Source of the DNA: Vicugna vicugna
Taxonomy: Eukaryota
DNA: 64,000 nucleotides
Assembly: GCA_013265495.1 (NCBI GenBank)
Contig: MU058584.1
Coordinates: 3,476,508-3,540,507 of the forward strand
Direction: 5' to 3'
Shown: positions 25,231-36,790 of the stretch, piece after piece
Numbering within the stretch: position 1 is the stretch's first letter
How the letters are laid out: each line of letters begins with the position of its first letter
Program-made: the position numbers and the translations under genes
Notes under the pieces: generated by a model
What the model was told of the DNA's origin: nothing
Seen by the model: the letters and a program-made list of their open reading frames with translations, nothing else
Databases searched by the model: none

Positions 25231-25734
25231 CCAATAGCTCTCTTTCTAATACACTCTATTGCATTGATTTCTTAATTGGGTTGGTTCATGAGTACCTCCC
25301 ACCCTACTACCCTCCCAGCATCTTCTCCCAGAGAAACCACCATGCCCATGGTTTACAATGCCTGCTCTCTGGTGAGCTTAGTGTCTGATAAAGGCAAAAC
25401 AACAGTAACTAGAAACAGATTTATGATTTGCCTCCAATAAGCAAATTGTTACAGTGGTGAATTCTCCTTCATCATACCAAAGGCAGGGAAGAGAAAAGGG
25501 GCTTATGCTATTGAATAAAATATTCAGATCAGATACAGGAAATAACTTTTACTCAGGTTTGTTAAAACCCATCATGAGATCGCTGGAAAGTTGGCAAACA
25601 TTTTCACTCAGAAGCAGCATTTCAAACCTTCTCCTTTGTCCTTCTCTTCTTCATCTTCTCCTTTTCATCACCTCCTCCTCCTTCTTCCTTCTATGGGATA
25701 TTTGCTTCCAAATAAAATTCAAAAGCAATTCCAC

Positions 25735-25850
25735 CCATCTATTCACTCATTCAACAAATAGTAAGCACCTACTATGTGCCACACACTGGGTTAGACTGAA
25801 GACACAGTGGTGAACAAAAGACAACTTGGTCCTCACGTTTGGTTACAGGC
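25735..25850 (-). mobile_element. L2 3' end
   Basis: 'attcactcattcaacaaatagtaagcacctactatgtgcca...gacacagtggtgaacaaaagac'. Confidence 0.7.
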
Positions 25851-25967
25851 TGCTGCTCTGGTTGAAAGGTAGGTTTCTCCGAACTGCCCTAAGTTGGCCT
25901 TCTCTGGGGAGCACCAGCTCTCTGCAAAACTTTGTGGAAATCACTCTTTGGATAGGTTCCTATAGAG

Positions 25968-26196
25968 GGGACCAAGAGGCCAGCCCTAATCTCCACTGTT
26001 GTCCCCAGCATCTTTCCCCTGGTGAAGTCAAGAGAAGAATGTTTATTTCATAAATGCACACAGATGTTTGTGTTTGGTGGGTTGTTTAGAACAGAACTGC
26101 CTATAAGAATGAGGTGGACTGTTTTCTTGAAGTCTGTCTCCCCTGCCTTCACCTCGCCTGCCTCCAGGTTCCATCAACCCGCTTTTCCATCCCGTC
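25968..26196 (+). repeat. Right arm of the ~228-bp inverted duplication
   Basis: See left arm; the paired ORFs 24263..24607(-) and 26022..26258(+) both read MFVFGGLFRTELP. Confidence 0.95.
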
Positions 26197-26700
26197 TCCG
26201 AGGCAGCTGCCAGTGCTATCTTCATAAAACTTTTAATATCTCCCTCTTGACTTCTTAATAAAGTTCAATCTTTTAAACAGGCATTCAGGGGCCTCATGAT
26301 CTATCCCAATCCTCTGCCTGTTTTCCGGCCTCATTTCCCTTTATATCCGTTTGTGTATTCGGCAGATTTTTCACTGATCACCTGCTCGAACCCCAAACAA
26401 GCAGGATGTTCATGCCTCCTCACCTTTGTTAGACCCAGAATGCTCATTACTTCCTCCACTAATCAAAAATCCATGCAACCTTCAAGGTGCAGCTCATTTG
26501 CAGCTTCTTCCTGAGGTCTTTCTTATCCCTCTACCAGAATTAATTGCTTCCTCCTCCGTGCTCCCACTGCCCTTTCCTGGACTTCTGTTTAACACATTTT
26601 TCTGTTCTGCTTCATCCAAACATGATATGTTTACACATCTGTTTCCTGCAACCCACTCAGATACTCAGAATTAAGGTCATGGGTCCATGACAGTTCATCA
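26150..26700 (+). mobile_element. L2 fragment
   Basis: 'gctgccagtgctatcttcataaaac...taataaagttcaatctttt..aggcattcaggggcctcatgatct...ccttcaaggtgcagctca...ttcctgaggtctttctt'. Confidence 0.55.
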
Positions 26701-26839
26701 TTTTTCCTTCTGGTGCTTGAGTCAGAAAAGGACCCCACAAAGTATCTTACATTATCATATCAAATTCTCATACTAGAGTTCTAGAAGGTCAGGTATGATC
26801 ACAGAGGTGCTAATGACTTCATTTTTAATTTTATCTTCA

Positions 26840-27060
26840 AGAAGTGTGCTGGAACTTGGTGTAAAACAGACCTGGGGTCCAATCCCCTATCTACACTCAC
26901 TCGGTGAGCTAGGGTGAATCATGTAACGTCTCCAAACCTCGGTTTTCCCTTCTGAAAATGGGAGTCAAAACTTACCTCAGTGAGTTGTTATGAAGATTAA
27001 GTGGCATGACATAGGTTTAACGCAATGCCTGTCGCATAGAAGTGAATAATAAATTATAGC
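26840..27060 (+). mobile_element. MIR SINE
   Basis: 'cagacctggggtccaatccc...aacctcggttttcccttctgaaaatgggag...gttgttatgaagattaagtg'. Confidence 0.75.
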
Positions 27061-27119
27061 CAAGATTAATGTTTTTCTCCTGGGAGAAATCCTAGCCTAC
27101 ATGACTAAATTCCTCCTGG

Positions 27120-27335
27120 GTGCCAGGTGCTTGTCGGTTTGCTTCATCTGTAGTATCTCATTTAACCCTGATAACCACCCTTATGAGGCGGTGCTACTGC
27201 TTCCATCCCCATGTTCCAGATGAAGAAACTGGGAGGTCGGGAGCTTCCCTGAGGTCATGTAGCTAGCGAGGAGTGCAGCTGGATGAGCACCCAGTCGCTG
27301 GACTCTAGGAACCATGGTCTTCACTACCGATGCCA
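27120..27335 (-). mobile_element. MIR SINE
   Basis: 'tgccagg...tatctcatttaaccctgataaccacccttatgagg...cccatgttccagatgaagaaactg'. Confidence 0.75.
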
Positions 27336-27976
27336 TTTGCTAGATTGAAGAAGTCAAAAAGAAGTATAGTTTTAATGGAACAGGTAACATCACCCTTAAT
27401 CGGGATCCTGGAGAAAATGTGTCATTATGTAGGCCACCCATACTATCAGTGGGAACCTGCCAGCGGGATGATTTCTTCTGGTTGTGCAGAGATAAACATC
27501 AGAGTGTAATCACTGCACTAAACAATCTATCAGATTCTCTGCCGAGTCTGTTCTTTCAAGAAGATTTTCCTGTCTTTTAGGTTTTCAAATGGCTCCCTGT
27601 GTTTTTTCAGCTCTAACATTTTGAGGCAAAATTGGTTCATCCATTTCCTCAAAACCTCTCCCCGAAAGAGGGAGGCAAAGTGAAACCGGCTCTAATTACA
27701 TGATACTTTCCACACGTGTAGATTGCAATAATCAGCTCTAAAATTCCATTTGGTTCCCTGGGAGTTAGTGTGTGATCTATTTCAAAATGAATAAAAAGGA
27801 CGCTTTTTGAACCATTCATCTCTTCTATTTGCCAACATCATAATTCCTATGGTTTGTTATCTGACTCACACTGGGACTGGTTTAATCTGAATTATGCATA
27901 TTCTACTGTGTTGCTATGATTTAGCCAAACATGATTTTGTTTTATACTTTTATTTTAAATAAGCCTCTTCCCCGGG

Positions 27977-28054
27977 GACCCAAACAAGAAAAACCCAAGC
28001 ATTTCTCCTCCCTGAGACCCAAACAAGAAAAACCCAAGCCTTTCTCCTCTCTGA
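27977..28054 (+). repeat. 39-bp direct tandem duplication
   Basis: gacccaaacaagaaaaacccaagc(a/c)tttctcctc(c/t)ctga x2, 2 mismatches. Confidence 0.9.
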
Positions 28055-28234
28055 AACCTTTGGATTTGCATATTTCACACTTTTTTTTTTCTTTCTAGCT
28101 AATTCTTTGTTTCCTCTCAAACCAGAGACGTTAGATCCATGGTGACTTTTGTGGTTGGATTCTTGACTTTTTACAGTGCTGAATCCAGGAGTTTTTCTCC
28201 TCCCTCCCTTGGTCCCCCCTCCCTCCCTTCCTTT

Positions 28235-29200
28235 CTTCCATAGCTTTATTGAGGTCTAATTTACATGCCTCAGACTCCACTTGTTTTACATGCACAGTGA
28301 TTTTAAGTAAACATTCAGCGTCCTGCAACTCTTGTCACAATCTAATTTTAAAACATCTCCATCACCCTAAGAAGGAATGGCAGGCACATGTGCAGTCCCT
28401 CCCCATTTTCCACTCCCGGTCTCAGGCAAATATTAATCTACTTTTTGTCTCTACAGATTTGACTTTCCTGAAACTTTCATATAAATGGAATCATATAATA
28501 TGTGGTTTATTGCGTCTGGATTCTCTCACCTAGCATAACATTTTTGAGGTTAGTCCATGTTGTAGCATTTATTATACTTTGTTCCTTTTTACTTTTGAGG
28601 AATTCCCCGTTGCATGAATATATCCCATTTGCCTTATCCATTCACCGATTGATGGGCATTTCGTTTGTTCCCCCTTTTGGCTATTACAAATAATGCTGCT
28701 TTGAACACTCATATGTAAGTCCTTGTGTGGACATATATTTTAATTTCTCTTGGGTAGATTCCTGTGAGTAGAATTGCTAGGTCATATGGTAAATTCATAT
28801 GGTAAATTGCTAGGTCATATGGTAAATTCATATGGTAAATTCATATGGTAAATGCTAGGTCATATGGTATATTATAAATGTCAGAAACTGCCAAAGTATT
28901 TTATAAAGTAAGTGCAACATTTTCATTTCTATAGCAATGTGTGAGGGTTCCGGTGGATTCACATCCTTGACAATTGTTATCCTCTTATACATTGGTGAAG
29001 TGTTTATAGTGATAAAAGGATGAAAAAATGGGATTAAGTATAGTTCTAGTTTCAGTGCTCCTATTGTAAGTAAAGCTGAGCATCTTTTCATTTTAAGGGT
29101 CAGCTGTAAACTTTTAAAATGTGAACCTCATATCAGCTCTTTTGTCCATTTTCCATCTAGTCTTCAATCTTCCTTTTTCCTTTTTGATTTTTAATTATCC
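28235..29200 (-). mobile_element. Old L1MB-like 3' end
   Basis: 'atagctttattgaggtctaatttaca...tttcatataaatggaatcatataatatgtgg...ttttggctattacaaataatgctgct'. Confidence 0.8.
28772..28870. repeat. Two-unit microduplication array (20-bp and 13-bp units) within L1
   Basis: A=aattgctaggtcatatggta, B=aattcatatggta; order A B A B B A'. Confidence 0.9.
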
Positions 29201-29279
29201 ACTTTAAAAATTGGAGGGTATTTTCTTCATTATAAACACAGTGTACACTCATTTTAAAAGGTTGAAAACAAAGGTAGGA

Positions 29280-31200
29280 AGTGAGACTTCAAATTAATCA
29301 GTGAGTTGACAGCATTTGTTTTTATCATCTCCAGAAAGTCCACCAAAGTGGTTGTGAAATGACTTTTTTTTATAGCCATTAACCTGGAAGGACAAAAGAG
29401 CAGAAATCAGCATGTTTGCAGAAATGGAAAGCAGGTGGAGGAGAGCTCACTGACCAAGTAGAATGGAGAAGTTATACTAAAGTGCCTGTAAAGAAGGAGT
29501 CTGATGAAAAGGTACCCCAGAGAAACTCAATACAGCAAAGGGCTGAACTTTCAGGAGGCCTAAGAGAGAATGGATGGTTGAAAGTGCTTTACATGGAGGT
29601 TAGACCTTCCTCCAAAGTCTCTCACCAACTCTGCACAACCAAGTGGCTAAGTGGCTCCTCCAATCTGCCCCTCCCCGAGTGAGTGGGAGACCCTAAGGGG
29701 CTAAACAAGGGAGAGCAAGTCTATGTCTTGAACCAAGGAATCCTCCGCACCACTTCCTCTTCCTCCTAGAACATGCTGAGCCCTGCCGAATCATCCTCCT
29801 CTGCTCACCATCCCTAGGCAGGAAATTAAAGAATTCTTCTCTGGAGAAAAGACTTCCATGTACTGAAATTTGGGTTCCCCCAGCGAAAACCTGCCTCACT
29901 CCTTGGTCACCCCATTGAAAAGTTTAACAGCTGACAACACTTCTATCCCAAATTAAATATGAACACAAAATAAAGGATCATCAGATATTTGAGGAATGCT
30001 TTAAACATAAAAAGAGGAGCAGGAAACAACATAGAAACAAACGGGGGGCTGGGGAGAACCCCCCTATAGAAAACAAATAGTTCTCCAGGGAATAGAGAAA
30101 TTTCAACATACAAAATCACAGAGTATCCTTATAAACATAAGAAAAGATACTGCAATTGCAAGTCAAATACAGGATACTATGATTAAGGAACAGAAAAACA
30201 GAGCTTCTAGAAATTAAAAATATTATAAAAAAATATTGCAGTCAGTGGAAGGGCCCGTGGAAATACCCAGAAAGAATTATAAAGCATGAAAGAAATGAGC
30301 AATAACAAGAAAAAAAAAATTGTAAGATTGACTCAAAATGTCTCCTAACATCCTAAGGTTTCCAGGGGAGACAGCAGAGAAGCATAGAAGGAAAACAACT
30401 GAGAAACACAATCTCACAATTGAAGGGCTCGTATCTTCCATTCGAATGGGCTTATTTAGTACCAATTTAATGAATAGGGGGGAAAGGACATATAATTTTG
30501 AAATTTTAGAACATTAGAGATAAACAGAAGCTTCTAAAGAGAGGAAAAGTGTGGGTCTCCAAGTCAAGAATGGCAATGGATGTCTAGTAGCGGTACAGGA
30601 TTCTGGACATCACTGGGAAAATCCAGCTTTCAACCTAGAATTCTTTATCTGGTCAAACTTTTCATCAAGGATAGAGGCTGAAGATATCCTTAGATATATA
30701 GAGCCTCTAAATACTTATCCCCAAGCATACTTTCAGAAGCTACTTGAGGATATTTTTCAGCAGACTAAGTGAGGAAAACAAGAAAGAGGGGCACTGCTTG
30801 GCCAAGCAATAAAGTGTGTTTGCATTATCATCGTCACTATATAATCTCTATTTAAATAATAATTTAAATATAAGTATTTAGGGACAATAGGGAGAAGGAA
30901 GGTGTTCATATATATCTTTAGATGACTTTAAGGGTTAAATCTTTGAATAGTAGGAAAAGAAATGAAGAAATACAATATAAGTTGGATAAACCAAGACATA
31001 GAAATAGAAATATATTACTAAATACACTATTTAGCATATGAAAAATACTATTTAGAAGAAACAGCATGAGGGTTCAAAGTGACTGACATGGACAGTGGGA
31101 CTGACAGGCTCGTGGGTGTTGGTGGCAGAGGGTAAGGGACTGCTGCTTTTTGACCCTTGGGCCCTACCTTGATAAAAATAATATAAATAACTTAAAAGAA
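29280..31200 (+). mobile_element. Ancient HAL1/L1M 5'-UTR and ORF1-like fragment
   Basis: Degenerate A-rich ORF1-like motifs ('agagcttctagaaattaaaaatat', 'ttcaacctagaattctttatctggtcaaacttttcatcaag'); no intact ORF. Confidence 0.5.
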
Positions 31201-31592
31201 AAAAGTTTTGGGGCCAAAAATAAACTAGTACCATAACAGAAACAGTAACAAAGCAAGGAAATTAGGTGAAAGAAAAATCACTAATTGTCACACTACCCAA
31301 AGATAAATAGTGCTTACATTTAGAGCAGTTTTTTCCCATCTTTTCTTTATGGAAAGGTTTTTGTTTCGAGCTTTTACATAGCTGTGTTCATACAATTGGC
31401 TATTCTGGTTTTCTTAATCTATTGTCATGGCAAAAACATTTTCCCATGATCATATTAAAATTTAAACATAGTCACTTTACTGTACACCTGAAACATTGTA
31501 AATCAACTATACGTCAATAAAAAAATTAAAAAATTAAAACGTCCTTTGAAAGGGCTGCATGATAGCCTAATTGGGTGGCTATACTATAATTT

Positions 31593-31760
31593 ACTTTTTT
31601 AAATTGAAGTAGAGTTGATTTACAGTATTATCCTAGTGTCAGGTGTACAACATAGTGATTCAACATTTTTATAGATCGTACTCCATTTAACATTATTACA
31701 AAATAATGGCTATATTTCCCTGTGCTGTACAATATATCCTTGTTGCTTATTTATTTCACT
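31593..31760 (-). mobile_element. L1 3'-tail fragment
   Basis: 'aaattgaagtagagttgatttacagtatt...tcaggtgtacaacatagtgattca...tccctgtgctgtacaatatatccttgttgcttatttattt'. Confidence 0.8.
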
Positions 31761-31789
31761 TTTGTCAGGGTCATTTGTCATTCTTTCTG

Positions 31790-32310
31790 CCAAAGTGCCA
31801 ACATTCTTGGGAACACCCTCCAACTCTCAACTGGGCAACTACTCTTTCTCCACCTCAGCTGTGTGCTTCTAGTGGGGGCTGCCAATTACCAGCCCAGCCC
31901 TCTGGCCAGAGTCATGAGAATGTGGCCCCAGCCTGGCCGGCCGAACTCCTGGGCGTTTTCTAACTGGAGCTGGACTGAAGAGCTTGATGTGAGGATATAA
32001 GCCTGGAGCAACGATGTGAGCTTGGACTCCCGGGACAACAAGCCTGAAAGCATAAAGCACGGGGGAGCAGAGATGAGAGAAGGGGCAGGAAAAGGAATCA
32101 ACAGCTGGGGCAAGAGGGGAGAAAGGGAGGTAGATGAAACAAATCAACCTGACACCATTCGAATTCCTGAACCTGGTGATCCCGGAGGCCACTCTTACTC
32201 TGGCCCTTTCCGTAACTGGTTACATTAGCCGATAAATACTTCTTTTATACATGTTATACTCAAGATAGGTTGAATTTGCTTCTACTGTTTTTAAATGAAT
32301 GAGCCTTCGC
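31790..32310 (+). mobile_element. Ancient ERVL/MaLR LTR (LTR16/LTR33/MLT1K-like)
   Basis: 'ggatataagcctggagc...gcagagatgagaga...ggttacattagccgataaatac...ggttgaatttgcttctactgttt'. Confidence 0.5.
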
Positions 32311-32648
32311 CAAAGTGACTTCAAGAACAGAACGTAATATTCAAGTTATTTGTAGCAGATACTTAATAAACACTTCTTAAACTGAATCAAATGAACGCCC
32401 CCAGAAGCAGAGTGGTACAGAGCAAAGAGCACGGGCTTTAGAAACTGGCTGACCTGTGTTTGAATTATGAACCTGTAAGAACTTTGGCTAATTGTTTCAT
32501 ATGTCAGAGCTCCAGTTTCTCCTCTTCTTTTTTCATCCTGATCAGCATTATAATCTCTAACATTTGTTGAGTTCTTTCTCTATAGCTCACACTATGCTAA
32601 ATGCTTTGCATATGTTATCTCATGGATAAAATTATCCTAAGGGGCAGG

Positions 32649-32652
<4 letters not shown>

Positions 32653-32700
<48 letters not shown>
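32653..32700. repeat. (TAT)n microsatellite, ~16 units
   Basis: Direct observation. Confidence 0.95.
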
Positions 32701-32959
32701 GTTATGATCTGTGAAGTGAGGATTCGATGAGATAACCAATATAAAGCACTAAACCCAGACAGTAATGACATTTTTTTCTCCCACTTTTTCCTTCCTGCCT
32801 TAATCCTGCCTCTTACCGCTTTGTCAGTATTCAGAGTTATGGCCCCTTCACTGTTGAATGGATTAATCTGTTGGCTTTTTGTGAACATAACTTGTTAGTC
32901 TTTGCCTTTTTTGCCTTTCTACTTGTGAATTACTCGGTGCGAAAAAATGCTTGCTAATG

Positions 32960-34140
32960 ACACAAAACGACATAAAAGTAGAACTCAACAAATGCAAAAG
33001 CATGTTAAGTTCTTGCGTGAGAAGACTGGACATTGTACAGAGGTCCGTTCTCCTTAATTTATACAATTAATCTAATTCAAATAAAGGCAATAACAAAGAC
33101 TTCCCTCTCTCCTTCTCTGGAGTTGGGCAAGTTGATTCTAAAGTCTATGTGGAAAAATAAACAAGCGAGGATAGCCAGAACACTTCTGAAAACGGAGAGC
33201 CACGAAGAGATTTTAGCCCCTCTAGGTGATAACGTATATTATAAATGTCAATAGTAAAAACGGGGTAATAATGATGCCTAATGGGAAATCTGACCTTAAC
33301 ACAAACTATAAAGTTTAGGAACAGGCCTGATTAATAAAATAATTTAGTGGAGTAAGTGGTGAAGGTGGTATCAATGTCTGAAGTTCGACAGCACACTCTG
33401 TTGACGAGGCTGTGGGGATATAAGCTGACCAGAGTGCCAAACAGCATAAACCTCTGTTCCATGGATAGAAATTTGCTGACATTTACCAATATTACTAATG
33501 CACGTACCCCACATCTGGTTAAGTGCACTCATAGAAAATGATGGGCATACAAAAGATACTCATTGTAGCATATTTGTAAGAAGAACTCCAAATGTCCATC
33601 AGTAGGAGACTGGATAAATAAACTATGGATTTTTTCAGTGCCGAGAGAGTAGACATCATCACAAGAAAAATAAATTTGTAACTATGTGTGGTGATGGACA
33701 TTGACTAGACTTACTATGGTGACAATTTTGCTACATATACAAATATCAGATCATTATTTTACACTTGACACTAAGGTTATTTGTCAGTTATGTCTCAATA
33801 AAAAATGAACTATGGTGCAACCACACAGAAGAATAATATTCAGTTTTTTAAAAATAGAGAAAAAGATATCTAATTACATGAAAGGAAGAAAGTGAAAAAC
33901 TCAAGTACAGAATAGTGTATATCATACATTACATGTTGTAGAAGAAACGTGGAATAAGACTACAGATTTGTATTTGTCTGTACCTGTATAAAGAAACATG
34001 AATTACTAAGAGTAGTTACCTATGTGGAAAGGGACTATCTGCTGGAAGGAAAGATACATGAAAGATTTATCAATGTATATTTTATTATATTGATTGGGTT
34101 TCTTGAATCATGAGTTTGTATTACTCATTCAAATTTTAAA
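32960..34140 (+). mobile_element. Old L1ME-like ORF2 3' fragments and 3' UTR
   Basis: ORF 33033..33254 contains ELGKLILKSMWKNKQARIARTLLK (cf. L1 ORF2 LKFIWNQKRARIAK). Confidence 0.75.
33629..33802 (+). mobile_element. L1MA9-like 3' tail nested in the older L1
   Basis: 'tttgtaactatgtgtggtgatgga...ttactatggtgac...tatacaaatatc...tgtcagttatgtctcaataaaa'; TSD aaat(a/g)aactatgg at 33616-33628 and 33803-33815. Confidence 0.8.
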
Positions 34141-35084
34141 AAGAAGTAAGGGTTTTTGAGACATCAAGCAGTGAGCACTTACTGTGTGTAAGACACTGGG
34201 CTAAGCCTGTAAATACAGCATCTCATTTAATCCTCACGAGAGCCCTGTGAGATTTTATTTTAATCTTCGTTTTACAGATTTATTTATCCTTTCTATCAAT
34301 CCATGTCCCTCATTTCTTTCATGTCCTAGCTCCATACTAACTTCCTGCAGTCTCCCTGGATTATTTCCACCCAACTCCAGCTAGTTGTTGGAATCTCTTT
34401 AGCAGTTAAATGCCTAGTTCACAGCATACTCTTTTAACATAACAACATCCTTACCTTTTACCTGTACATGCTCCATCTCTCAGACTAGACTGTAAAAACC
34501 ATACTGTACACCATAGTTTCCTCATTTGTCTTCTCAACTCTGGTGCTGACAGGCACACTGAATCAACAGTCAGTAAATCACAGAATATACAATAGGACTT
34601 TTATTTGTGTCGGTCCATGTACACAGTCTCTAACTGAACCTCCCTAACACCCTGTCAAGTAGGTTTTATTATCCTCATTTTACAGAAGAGGAAACTGAGG
34701 TTCAGAGAGACTCAGAAAGATTAACCGGGAGTCTTATCGAGGACATTTGACTCCGAGATAAGTGCCCTTTTCATCACAACACAGCCTCAATTTAGCTTTT
34801 CAAAAAATATCTGGTCCAACCACATTTATTGCAGGAGAATGTCTGAGTCAATTACCTAGGAATGAGGACACAGATATAACTCAAGGATAAAGAAACCTTT
34901 CCCTTTTTCACTCATACCAGAAAACACTAACTGATTATACAACTTTTCTTCTGGATCTTGAAGCTGTTTCACATACCCTACAATCTTCCTGAAAACCAGG
35001 TTCCAGCTCCACAATCAACTGACCTTAATCCAAGATGGACACCCAAGAAGAAACATACTTGTCATTTGAGGACTAGGTGAGCGC

Positions 35085-35247
35085 CGGTACCTCACTACTC
35101 AAAACGTGGTCCTCAGACCACCAGCATCAACATCTTGTGGGTAATTCATAAAAACACAGGATCTCAGGTCCCATTTACAGAATCTGAATCTGTATTTTGA
35201 TATCTCCACGTGATTCTTATGAGCACGACATTCGAGAAGTCCTGCTC
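35085..35247. mobile_element. MER5A-like MITE
   Basis: 'tactcaaaacgtggtcctcagaccaccagcatcaacatc...aatctgaatctgtatttt...ttcgagaagtcctg'. Confidence 0.75.
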
Positions 35248-36549
35248 CAAGATACTGTTCAGCGACAATTCTAAACATTTATGACCTTGCTCCATCAGAC
35301 TTCCCCCAGATCTGCTGGTTCTGAGGGGCACCTATTGAATGTATCTAAAACGTCTTCTAGGACATTTTAGTTTGAGTAAGAAGTTGGTTCTATTTGAAAA
35401 GATCCTTCTGAGACCAGATACACACACAGTTACAAACTGAGAGAAATGAGGAAAGTCAGAGCTCTCTTGTTTGGCTGTCGGTGAATCTCTCATTGCCTGG
35501 AGAATTGTTTCCTTCTTCATGTTGATCGTACAGAGGTGGGACATTCCTTGCCTGGAGCTCCCAGCACCACAGTAAAATGGAATCCTAGACTGCTCTCCTG
35601 GGCGTACTGGGGTTCTAGCTAGCCTGGCTCAAATTCCTCAGAGGAGGAAGCACCTTTGCCTGACACATCATCTCTGTGACCAACAGTGTGTTCACTGCCT
35701 ATTTCTGTGTTCCAAAGGCTACTGCAATGTGAGTCAACTTTACAGCTTGTGCACTTTGTTGACATTTTAAAAAAAATTCTTTCTGTGTTTGCTTGTTGGC
35801 TATAATTTATGGCATGGGAGAAAGATGTTTCTGATCTCAAGAAAGGGAATCGTGAAGATTATTCACCAGTGGGGTGCACTAGAAAAGGTTATAATTGAAC
35901 TGGAAGTAGTCATTTTCTGTACTTTCCTTTAAAAAAAGCTGTTGTGGGTTACTTTTCCATTTTTATTTTAAATGTGTGTAATATTTTGTCTAGTCATAAA
36001 AGAAGAGCATTTTTATTTTGAAAATCTGGAAAATTCAGAGAAAGATAAGGGGACATCAACAACTCTATGTCCCATACTTAACATTTTGCTCTACTTTCCA
36101 CTCTTTTTGCTGTAATATGGATCTTTTCTTGCTTGTTCCTCTCTGCAGCTGATAGTGGGGAAGCTTATTGTAAGATCTCTTGTTTTGTTATGACAAGGGC
36201 AGTAATTGAGTTCCTTCATGGAGGACAGCAGAATGAGTCAGCCAAAGTGACACAGATGGGACTTAAATAGAGACAGAACTGGACCATCTCCAGAGCAGCT
36301 GGGCCTTGCATCTTCTTCTATCTCTAGGACTTCAGACAGTGGTCCAAGCTCCAGACGCTGTGGGTCCTTCTGCATCATGTACTCACGTCTGAACCTCCAC
36401 AGCCGTGGAGGGATTCTCCATGACACTCTCTTAGCCAGAAAGATATTACTCCCACAAGATGGAAGGTTCTCTTGCTGTGAAAGGGCTTGTTCCTCAGTCC
36501 CAGGAGAGATAGGATATACATGTCCTCCATTCTTTGGATGACATATGGG

Positions 36550-36790
36550 CTTATGGAAAGGACTTGGAATTCAGGGCCAGGCAGTGCTGGGTTCTCATTC
36601 TAACTCAGTCACTTAGTAGTTTGATGATTGTGAGCAGGGTCATTTAAGTTCTCCAAGTCTTAATTTTCTTAACTATGAGATGGCACTACTAAAACCTACC
36701 CTACAGGGTCATTTTGAGGATTAGGTATGATGGATGTTCAATGCTTGTGGCTTAACAGGCACTCAGTAAATGGCAGCTACTTAACTGTTG
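36550..36790 (+). mobile_element. MIR SINE
   Basis: 'ggacttggaattca...gggttctcattc...cacttagtag...ggcactcagtaaatggcagcta'. Confidence 0.7.

Noticed and set aside
28772..28870. CRISPR-like array
   Set aside because: No unique spacers, mammalian context, and the units derive from L1 sequence.
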